From positions 5,147 to 69,146 of the forward strand of contig JALXCB010000046.1 of the NCBI GenBank assembly GCA_026991225.1: DNA of 64,000 bases, in the 5' to 3' direction. Source of the DNA: Anaerolineae bacterium. Lineage in GTDB: Bacteria; Chloroflexota; Anaerolineae; J102. Every line of letters begins with the position of its first letter. Position 1 is the first letter of the stretch. The notes under the pieces are model-generated. The model was not told the origin of the DNA. It worked only from the letters and a program-made list of their open reading frames with translations, and made no database searches. Positions 44,940 to 52,986 of the stretch are shown here, piece after piece. The translations under genes and the position numbers were made by a program.

Positions 44940-46661
44940 TCACCGTTTGACTGCGAGCTTGAGGAGTTTGTCCGGCTGAAAGCGATAAGCCCAGGCGGGA
45001 TCACAGACGCCGCACGTGAGGCAGCCAGCGCTGTCGGGCGGGCAGTGGGGCCCCAGGCGAGCCTGTTGGGCCAACCGCCATTCATAGCGGAAGAACGTCG
45101 GCTTCACCCCGCTTTCCACGATCTCCCAGGGCAGCGGCTGATCCAGAGACAGTTCGCCCAGGTAGGCGTCCCGTTCCAGGCCGTGGCGGGCCATGGTTTC
45201 CCAGAAGTCGCGCACGCTGAGGCGGGGAATGTCGAGAATGACGTCCGCCATGCGACGGTCGCCGCGGGCGAGCGCGGCCTGCACCTCGGCCCAGGCGGGC
45301 GAATCGGCCCGCACTGCGATGCGATGCCGCCCCAGCTTGCGCATGATGAAGCTCTGGCGCTTCTTGAGGGTGCGGGCGGGGGTCATGGGCATCCACTGGA
45401 AGGGCGTGTGGGCCTTGGGCACGAAGGGCGTGGCGTTCATGGCGATGCGGCGTTTGAAGACGCCCCGGGCCTTGAGCACGAACTCGACCAGCGCCTCGAT
45501 ATCCTCCTGTTCCTCAGTGGGATGCCCGATCATGAAATAGAACTTGATTTGCGGGAAGTCCAGCTCCGCGGCCAGGGCCACGGCCTCCAGCAATTGCTCC
45601 TCGGTCTGGGTCTTGGCGATGACGTCGCGCAGCCGGGCGGAGCCCGCTTCGGGCGCGATGGTCAGGGTCTGCGCGCCGCTGGCCCGCAGGGCTTCCACCA
45701 GGGGCCGGGAGATAGGATCGACCCGCATGGAGGAGGCGCTGAGCTTCGCTCCTAGCTCCACCAGGGCAGGGGCCAGCTCGTCGATCTGCGAATGGTCGGA
45801 GACCGCAGCGGAGATGAGCCCTATGCGGTCGGTATGCTTCAGCCCTTGCTTCGCCCAATCCAGCAGCAGGTCCATGGGCAGTTCGCGCGGCGGGCGGTAG
45901 ACGTACCCTGCCAGGCAGAAACGGCAGCCCCGGCCGCAGCCGCGGGCGATCTCCATAAGGTGCATGCCGCGGAACTCGGTCTCGGGCGTGTAGAGGCTGC
46001 TGATGGGGGGAAACAGGCTTTGGTCGCGCACCCACAGCCGTTCGATCTTGCGGGGCGAGTCACCCTGTTCGGCGATGGGGGGAACCAGGGCGGGGACGTA
46101 GACGCCCGGCATCTTGTCCAGCTCGGCCAGGAGCTCGGCGCGGGGCGCGTCGATGGCCCGGCGGAACAGGTCCACCAGGTCGGCCAGGATCTCCTCGCCC
46201 TCGCCGATGACGATGGCATCGAAGATGGGAGCCATGGGCTCGGGATTCATGGTCACGCCCGGGCCGCCGGCGATGATCAGGGGCCAGGATGCGTCCCGGT
46301 CCCGGGCCAGAGGCGGCACGCCCGCCTGCCGCAGCATCTCCACCACGTTGAAGAAATCCATCTCATAGGAGATAGTGAAGGCCCATACGTCCACCTCATC
46401 CACGCGGCGGCCCGATTCCAGGGTGAGCAAGGGGCGTCGGGCCTCGTAGCCGCCCTTGTCCCAGAAGACGCGCTCACACACCACGTCGGGAAAGGCGTTG
46501 AAGCCGCGGTAGATTACCTGCAGAGCCAGAGAGCTCATGCCGACGTAGTACGCGTTGGGGAAGGCCAGGGCGACGACCAGTCGCCCGCCCCAATCCTTAT
46601 GAATGGCGCCGATTTCTTGGTCTAACAGCGCCTGTTGGGATGCGCGGATTTTCCAGGACAT
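44940..46661 (-). CDS. B12-binding-domain radical SAM family protein (TIGR03960-like)
   Basis: 573 aa. Radical SAM motif CGRGCRFC. Paralogous N-terminus to the truncated gene at 1..543. Confidence 0.75.
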   Translation of the reverse strand: MSWKIRASQQALLDQEIGAIHKDWGGRLVVALAFPNAYYVGMSSLALQVIYRGFNAFPDVVCERVFWDKGGYEARRPLLTLESGRRVDEVDVWAFTISYEMDFFNVVEMLRQAGVPPLARDRDASWPLIIAGGPGVTMNPEPMAPIFDAIVIGEGEEILADLVDLFRRAIDAPRAELLAELDKMPGVYVPALVPPIAEQGDSPRKIERLWVRDQSLFPPISSLYTPETEFRGMHLMEIARGCGRGCRFCLAGYVYRPPRELPMDLLLDWAKQGLKHTDRIGLISAAVSDHSQIDELAPALVELGAKLSASSMRVDPISRPLVEALRASGAQTLTIAPEAGSARLRDVIAKTQTEEQLLEAVALAAELDFPQIKFYFMIGHPTEEQEDIEALVEFVLKARGVFKRRIAMNATPFVPKAHTPFQWMPMTPARTLKKRQSFIMRKLGRHRIAVRADSPAWAEVQAALARGDRRMADVILDIPRLSVRDFWETMARHGLERDAYLGELSLDQPLPWEIVESGVKPTFFRYEWRLAQQARLGPHCPPDSAGCLTCGVCDPAWAYRFQPDKLLKLAVKR

Positions 46662-46662
46662 A

Positions 46663-46692
46663 TACAGTGTTCAGTGTTTAGTGTTCAGCTAT
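46663..46692. repeat. Family E-related fragment E6 (CAGTGTTCAGTG variant)
   Basis: ACAGTGTTCAGTGTTTAGTGTTCAGC. Related to the reverse complement of E1. Confidence 0.4.
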
Positions 46693-46985
46693 ATATTTCT
46701 TCGCGCATTCTGTCTTCATCGTTACATTTTGGCGCTGGTTGACTGACAAAAGTCTGTGGTCTTTCCTTTCGGTGGCATGGCCCCCCTCCAACCTTCCTCC
46801 CGAGCTACGCTCAGGGGGAGGCCATCCGATTCTGCAAAACCTTCCCCAAGAGACCCTGGGGAGGGGGCAAAAGGGACGCGGCAAACGCATATGCAACGTT
46901 TTGTCAGTCACTCAGCGTTTTGGTGTTTTGTAATGGGTAGGATAAGATGATACTGAACCGTCCTACTTGTCTTCTGGAGGATAGC

Positions 46986-48428
46986 ATGGCCCGGAAACCT
47001 TTGTCCAATGTGGACGCCGCCTGGCTGCGCATGGATGATCCCACCAACCTGATGATGATCACCGGTTTCTTCGAATTCGCGGGGCCGGTGGATTTCGAAC
47101 GACTGCGGGCCACCATCGATATCCGGCTGGTGCAACGCTGGTCGCGCTTTCGTCAGCGCGTGCGGGAATCAAAGCTGTCTTTACGCGGGCCTTATTGGGA
47201 AGACGATCCCTATTTCGATATCGACAACCATGTCTTCCGCATCGGGCTGCCTTCGCCCGGGGACGAGGCGGCGCTGAAGGAGATGATCAGCAAGCTAGCC
47301 AGCCGCCCGCTGGACAAAACCAAGCCGCTATGGGAATTCCATCTCATCGAGAACCTTCAGGGGGGCGGCTCGTTTCTGGTGGCCCGGTTGCATCACGCCA
47401 TCGCCGACGGCATCGCGCTCATGTCGGTTCTGATGACGCTGTGCGATGTGGACGCGGATGCGCCCTGGCCGGAACCGGAGCCGGAGGAGGCGCATCAGCG
47501 CCGCGGGCGTCAGGTGCGATCCCTGTTCCCGCCCGCCGCTGCCTTCTTTGCGGCAGGCCGGGCCGTGGCCGATGAGGGCAAGCTCATGTTGCTGAACCCA
47601 ACCCACGCCATGAAGCGGGCGGGCCAGGCTAAGGCGTTCATGGAGCGTCTGGCTCGATTGACGCTGCTGCCCCCCGACACCCGCACCATCTTCAAGGGCA
47701 AACTGGGGCGGAAGAAGGTGGTGGCCTGGACTGCGGATATGCCGCTGGCGGATGTGAAGCGCGTCAAGAACACCTTCAAGGTCACCGTGAACGATGTGCT
47801 CATGGCCGCGGTCGCGGGCGGGCTGCGCCGCTATCTGGTTTATCGGGGTGAGCGGGTGTATAAGAGCCTTAGCGTGCGGGCCATGGTGCCGGTCAATCTC
47901 CGTCCCCTGGAAGAAGCGGCCAAACTGGGGAATCACTTCGGATTGGTGGTGCTCTCGCTGCCTGTCGGGATCGAAAATCCCCTGGAACGGATGATGGAAG
48001 TCAAACGGCGGATGGACGATCTGAAGAATTCGCCCGAGGCCGTGGTGGGCTACACGCTGCTGGAGGCCATGGGCATGTCGCCCACGGAGATCGAGAAGCT
48101 GGCGGTGCGGTTCTTCGCCATGAAATCGACTCTGGTGCTCACCAATGTGCCTGGTCCCCGGCAGAAGCTCTATTTCGCGGGCAGCCCCATCGAGCGCATC
48201 ATGTTCTGGGTGCCGCAATCGGGTCGGTTGGGCATGGGCGTCAGCATCTTCAGCTACGCGGGCATGGTCAATGTGGGCGTGATGACCGATTACGGACTTG
48301 TGCCCGACCCCGAACAGATCGCCCGTTTCATCGAGGAGGATTTCGCGGAGATGCTGGCCCTTACCAATGAAATCCGGGGCGAGTCATCGAAGCCCGAGAC
48401 AGTGGAGGCGGAGCCGGTGGTGGAATAG
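46986..48428 (+). CDS. Wax ester synthase/diacylglycerol acyltransferase (WS/DGAT family)
   Basis: Start at MARKPLSNVDAAWLRMDDPTN... Catalytic HHAIADG (HHxxxDG) motif. Confidence 0.8.
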   Translation: MARKPLSNVDAAWLRMDDPTNLMMITGFFEFAGPVDFERLRATIDIRLVQRWSRFRQRVRESKLSLRGPYWEDDPYFDIDNHVFRIGLPSPGDEAALKEMISKLASRPLDKTKPLWEFHLIENLQGGGSFLVARLHHAIADGIALMSVLMTLCDVDADAPWPEPEPEEAHQRRGRQVRSLFPPAAAFFAAGRAVADEGKLMLLNPTHAMKRAGQAKAFMERLARLTLLPPDTRTIFKGKLGRKKVVAWTADMPLADVKRVKNTFKVTVNDVLMAAVAGGLRRYLVYRGERVYKSLSVRAMVPVNLRPLEEAAKLGNHFGLVVLSLPVGIENPLERMMEVKRRMDDLKNSPEAVVGYTLLEAMGMSPTEIEKLAVRFFAMKSTLVLTNVPGPRQKLYFAGSPIERIMFWVPQSGRLGMGVSIFSYAGMVNVGVMTDYGLVPDPEQIARFIEEDFAEMLALTNEIRGESSKPETVEAEPVVE

Positions 48429-48454
48429 ACGCGCAAAGGCTGGTCTCTGAATGG

Positions 48455-48612
48455 ATGTAACTGCCTAAGGTCGCGCCGCCGCTTTTTGCCACGAAGATAC
48501 GAAGAAAACGAAGGCACAACGTATTTTTTATTTTATCCCTTCGTGTCTTCGAAAAACTTCGAGCCTTCGTGGCTTTTGGCGGCCTAAAGTCCAGTACGTT
48601 AGCAGTTACGAA
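48455..48612 (+). repeat. Family C copy C3
   Basis: TAAGGTCGCGCCGCCGCTTTTTGCCACGAAGATACGAAGAAAACGAAGGCACAACG...CGAGCCTTCGTGGCTTTTGGCGGCCTAAAG. Confidence 0.8.
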
Positions 48613-48616
48613 TGGA

Positions 48617-48949
48617 TCAGAAAATAGCGGTTTCGAGCAGATCCGATTGTTGGGAATAATGATCGCTCACGAATTGATGGATCAGATCATACGCCTGGAC
48701 GATCTTCTCGTTGCTCAGCTCATAATAGACGTTGAGCCCTTCCCGGCGGGTGCGCACTACGCCCTTTGTCCGCATCAACCGCAAATGCCGCGAGATGGAT
48801 GACTGCGGCAGGGCCATCTCCTCCACCAATTCACTGACGGTTTTCTCGCCCATTCGCAGATGGTCGATGATCTCCAGGCGCACGGGGTGAGTCAACGCCT
48901 GGCAGATCTCTGCATGGATGTGATAAACATCCTTGTCCTTGATACCCAT
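48617..48949 (-). CDS. ArsR/SmtB-family transcriptional regulator
   Basis: 110 aa. ...CQALTHPVRLEIIDHLRMGEKTVSELVE... winged-helix ArsR signature. Confidence 0.8.
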   Translation of the reverse strand: MGIKDKDVYHIHAEICQALTHPVRLEIIDHLRMGEKTVSELVEEMALPQSSISRHLRLMRTKGVVRTRREGLNVYYELSNEKIVQAYDLIHQFVSDHYSQQSDLLETAIF

Positions 48950-49069
48950 CGGACCTCCTTTGGCGTTGTGTGTGGTCGTGTGTGTGGCATGGGATGGAAA
49001 AGATTTCCTATGCGTCTCTCATCATACCTGATAACCGAAGAAATCCGAAATGATCCAGATCATTTGCCT

Positions 49070-49128
49070 AACCCAAACGTATTTTGAAATCAGGTGCTTT
49101 CGGCCTCGGCCACCCGGAGCTGATGAAC
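49070..49128. repeat. Family F copy F2
   Basis: AACCCAAACGTATTTTGAAATCAGGTGCTTTCGGCCTCGGCCACCCGGAGCTGA. Confidence 0.65.
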
Positions 49129-49171
49129 GTTTACAAAACAATCCGGTAATAGAATGAGGCCTATGACCCGT

Positions 49172-50143
49172 TTAATTTGTAAAACTCCATAAGCATTGCT
49201 TCTTCAGCCAGGCCATCCATCTTTGCCAGAGCCCCGCATTCGAGGCCTCTCGCCTCTCAGCCGCTTGCTGCGCCTGCATTTTTTGCAAATAGGCCTGGGC
49301 CTGCACATAGCCCGTGTGCATGAGCTCCTCTGTGTGGCTGAAATCCCAGACGGGCACCATTTCCCGATAGCGGAATCGCCAATGATGCACGGGAATGCCG
49401 CTGGCCTCAGCCAGGGCCAGTTCCATGGCCACCTGTCGATGCTCCACCGAAGTAAGGAGCTTGTCGAGAAAAGGTGAGAAACCATGGGCGTCGGGATCGG
49501 AAGGGCGAGGATCAAACAGATCCAGGGCGATGATCTCCGTTGCCCCCAACCGGATCGCTGGCTCAACCGGTAAATTGCTCAAAGCTCCGCCATCCATCAG
49601 CCATTCCTTCCCCAGACGCAAGGGTGGAATCCAGGGCGGGATGGCCGAAGAGGCCATGACGCCATCCAAAATCCGGTCTTCGGGATGTACGCCGAAGATA
49701 TAAGGCTCATAACGGTTCAGATCAGTGGCGATGCAGTAGAGCCGGGGATGGGAAAAATCGTCGAAGCGCAAGTCGGGCGTCAGGCCGTTACGGATATAGA
49801 ATGCCCGCATCTCTTGACGATATTTTTCGCTGCCCATGCGATTGACTACGGTGCGCAACGCCAGCTTGAGATAATCCCCCGAAAGCAAGTGAGCATCTTT
49901 CGCGTCCAGCCAGGCCCGTTCCAAACGCTCAAGCCCCTCGGTCGAAAGTCCATTGATGGTTACCATGGCGGCGTTCACCGCGCCGATGGAAGTCCCCACG
50001 AGCATATCAGGCTGGATGCCCGCTTCCAGCAATATGCGCAACGCTCCCACTTGCATGGCGCCCCGCGCGCCTCCACCCCCCAGCACAAATGCGAGTTTGC
50101 GCGGTGATTCGGATGAGGATGCACGTCGATTGGGAGATAACAT
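49172..50143 (-). CDS. Patatin-like phospholipase
   Basis: 323 aa. GGGARG oxyanion motif and GTSIG nucleophile motif. DGG near the C-terminal catalytic Asp. Confidence 0.8.
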   Translation of the reverse strand: MLSPNRRASSSESPRKLAFVLGGGGARGAMQVGALRILLEAGIQPDMLVGTSIGAVNAAMVTINGLSTEGLERLERAWLDAKDAHLLSGDYLKLALRTVVNRMGSEKYRQEMRAFYIRNGLTPDLRFDDFSHPRLYCIATDLNRYEPYIFGVHPEDRILDGVMASSAIPPWIPPLRLGKEWLMDGGALSNLPVEPAIRLGATEIIALDLFDPRPSDPDAHGFSPFLDKLLTSVEHRQVAMELALAEASGIPVHHWRFRYREMVPVWDFSHTEELMHTGYVQAQAYLQKMQAQQAAERREASNAGLWQRWMAWLKKQCLWSFTN

Positions 50144-50428
50144 ATCGAAGCTCCCTGAATGGCGGTCTAGACGATCTTATTGTTCCACAAACTACTCACA
50201 AAACCAAACCGGGCGTCATGATCGGGTGTATCCCAATTTTTGGCAGACCTCCGGGAGGTGGCGTTAAACGCTTCATTTTGCCCCAAACCCTGTCGCCACC
50301 TCCCGGAGGTCATCTGCGGCGCCAATTATCTGGGACGCACCCGTCATGCTCCGCATTTGGCGTTCGTGAGAGGCCCACATTACAATGCAAGGACCTGGAA
50401 TCCACTCGCTCATCACCCGGAACAAACC

Positions 50429-51562
50429 ATGATCACCCTGCGAAAACTCCATGTTCTGGACGCCAAAGACGTCAAGGCGTGGATCGAACTCCCCTATCGG
50501 ATTTATGAAAACGCCCCCATGTGGGTTCCGCAATTGGAATCGGACGCCAAATTCCAATTGAATCGGGAAAAGAACCCTTTTTTCATCTACGGGCACGCTG
50601 ATTTCTTTATCGCCGAGAAAAATGGCATCCCGGCCGGGCGCATTGCCGTGCTCGAGAATCGCAGATTGAACCATTGGCGCAAAGAACGCACAGCCTTCTT
50701 TTATCTATTCGAGTGCATCGAATCCTTTGACGTGGCAGAGGCGCTGTTCGATCAGGCCTACGAGTGGGCGCAGCGTCGGGGATTGAACCAGCTCATTGGC
50801 CCCAAAGGGTTTCTGACCATCGATGCCGTGGGCATGTTGGCGCAAGGCTTCGATCGATTTCCGGCCATGGGCATGGCCTGGAATTTCCCGTATTATGTCG
50901 AATTCATGGAGCGCCTGGGGTTCGAGAAGGAGACCGACTACACCTCAGGCTGGATTCCTGTCGATTTTCCTGTGCCGGACAAAATTTTTCGGATTGCGGA
51001 ACGGGTGGAGCAGCGCTATGGTTATCGGGCCGCGTCTTATCGCAGCAAGAAGGAACTGCTTCCCATCGTCGACAAGGTCATCGACACGTACAACCAATCT
51101 TTTACCCAAAACTGGGAATTTGCACCGATCTCGGACAGTGAAGCGAAGGTGTTGGCGCACAAAATCCTCAGCGTCATCGATGATCCAACCTTGCCGCAGG
51201 TGGTTTGGAAGGATGATGAGGTCGTGGGCTTTATCCTCGCTTATCCCGATATCAACCGCACCATCAAGAAAATCGAGGGAAAGTTGTGGCCTCTGGGGTG
51301 GTGGCGTTTGATGCGAGCGTTCAAACAGACGCGATGGCTCGATCTGAACGGTATCGGCGTCTTGCCCCAGCACCGTGGCCGCGGCGTCGATGCGCTGCTC
51401 ATTGCCTCGTTATGGCGGGCGGTGCACAACTCGGATCGACCTTACGAATTCGCCGAGCTGTGCCAGATCAATGAAAAGAACACGGTGATGCAGCAGGAGA
51501 TGGCGGCGTTTGGCGTCAGTTTCGACAAACGCCACCGCATCTTCAAGAAGACCCTCGCCTGA
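50429..51562 (+). CDS. GNAT-superfamily (FemAB/COG3146-like) putative acyltransferase
   Basis: About 377 aa from the ATG at 50429. Weak GNAT-like C-terminal half (...GIGVLPQHRGRGVDALL...). Family assignment is uncertain. Confidence 0.4.
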   Translation: MITLRKLHVLDAKDVKAWIELPYRIYENAPMWVPQLESDAKFQLNREKNPFFIYGHADFFIAEKNGIPAGRIAVLENRRLNHWRKERTAFFYLFECIESFDVAEALFDQAYEWAQRRGLNQLIGPKGFLTIDAVGMLAQGFDRFPAMGMAWNFPYYVEFMERLGFEKETDYTSGWIPVDFPVPDKIFRIAERVEQRYGYRAASYRSKKELLPIVDKVIDTYNQSFTQNWEFAPISDSEAKVLAHKILSVIDDPTLPQVVWKDDEVVGFILAYPDINRTIKKIEGKLWPLGWWRLMRAFKQTRWLDLNGIGVLPQHRGRGVDALLIASLWRAVHNSDRPYEFAELCQINEKNTVMQQEMAAFGVSFDKRHRIFKKTLA

Positions 51563-51586
51563 AACACCCGCCCGGAACACTGAACG

Positions 51587-52894
51587 CTACACTTTCCGCC
51601 GGATCAGCGCCCGCTGGCTGAACAGCAGCTCGGCGACGATGACCGCCATGTAGAAGATGCCGATCTGGTACAGACTCTTGGGTTCGTGCCGCCACAGATA
51701 GCCCATGAGTACGACCCACGACCCCGCGGCCAACGCCAGGCCCAGACCCGGCGCCCAGACATTGGCCTCGATGATGCGACGCAGCCGGATGGCCGAGAGA
51801 TTGATGGCGATGAAGATGAGCAGGAAGGTGGAGCTGGCGAAGGAGGAAATGATGGTCAGATCCGCGATATTGACGAAGACCAGGGTCACCAGGGAGATGG
51901 CCACCAGGCTCACCCAGGGCACGGGCTTGGTGCGGGCGGTGTAGCTGAAGGCTTTGGGCAGCTCTTCTTCCTGAGCCATGACCATGCCCAAGCGGGCCGT
52001 GCCGAACAGGGTTGCGTTGATGGCCGAGGACGTGGAGAGCAGCGCGCCCAGGCCGATGAGCAGGAAGCCGAATTCGCCCAGCGCGGGTTTGGCCGCCACG
52101 GCCAGGGCGTATTCCTTGTATTTGTTAATCTCCTCGGGGGTGAGATTCCCCACCGCCACCAGGGCCACGCCAATGTAGATAGCCGTAGTGATCAAGATCG
52201 AGATGAAGATGCCCCGACTCAAATTGCGTTGGGGGTCTTTCATCTCGTTCACCGCATTGGGGATGAGCTCGAAGCCCTCGTAAGCCACGAAAATCAGCGC
52301 CGCGCCCATAATCAGCCCCACAACGCCCTTGTTGAGCACCGGGAGCAGGCGATCCGATTGGATCGTCATCAGGCCTGCCGCGGCGAAGAGGGCCAGGATC
52401 GCCACCTTCACCCCCACCAAAATCAGCTCTGTCGTTCCCGACGCCTTGACGCCATACAGATTGACGCCCAAAAAGATGAGCAGCACCAGGGACGCGAGGG
52501 CGTGCTGCATCAGGGGTGTATTCAGCTTGTCACCCAACATGGCCGCGCCATACGCGCCAAAGGTGTAGGAGTACAGCCCCATCGTCCCGATATACCCCAC
52601 CAGCAGCAACCAGCCGCCGATCCCCGCCACATTGCGTTGCTTGAACGCCCGCTCCAGATAGGTGAAACTGCCGCCATCCGAGCGGAAGTGCAGGCCCAGG
52701 CGGGTGTAACTGTATCCGGTCAGCAGGGCGATGACACCGCCGAAGGCGAAGGCCAGGGGCGCGGCGTGGCCCGACACCAGGGCCGACAGCCCCAGCACCG
52801 AGAAGATGCCGCCCCCCACCATGCCGCCCACGCCCAGGGCGACGAGTTCGGCAAGAGAAAGCTGTTCGGTTGTCGATTGCGTTTGCGTCGTCAT
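51587..52894 (-). CDS. APC-family amino acid permease
   Basis: 435 aa, about 12 TM segments. N-terminal ...LVALGVGGMVGGGIF... APC signature. Confidence 0.8.
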   Translation of the reverse strand: MTTQTQSTTEQLSLAELVALGVGGMVGGGIFSVLGLSALVSGHAAPLAFAFGGVIALLTGYSYTRLGLHFRSDGGSFTYLERAFKQRNVAGIGGWLLLVGYIGTMGLYSYTFGAYGAAMLGDKLNTPLMQHALASLVLLIFLGVNLYGVKASGTTELILVGVKVAILALFAAAGLMTIQSDRLLPVLNKGVVGLIMGAALIFVAYEGFELIPNAVNEMKDPQRNLSRGIFISILITTAIYIGVALVAVGNLTPEEINKYKEYALAVAAKPALGEFGFLLIGLGALLSTSSAINATLFGTARLGMVMAQEEELPKAFSYTARTKPVPWVSLVAISLVTLVFVNIADLTIISSFASSTFLLIFIAINLSAIRLRRIIEANVWAPGLGLALAAGSWVVLMGYLWRHEPKSLYQIGIFYMAVIVAELLFSQRALIRRKV

Positions 52895-52927
52895 GCGGTG
52901 CTCCTTGGGTGAGAGATGAGAGAAAAT

Positions 52928-52986
52928 GACGATGGACGATGGCGCTAAGCCTTATCGTCCACCGTCCATCGTCTATCGTCTGTTTT
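52928..52986 (-). terminator. Hairpin terminator immediately downstream of the P-type ATPase gene
   Basis: GACGATGGACGATGG...CCACCGTCCATCGTC inverted repeat followed by a U-rich tract on the minus strand. Confidence 0.45.
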
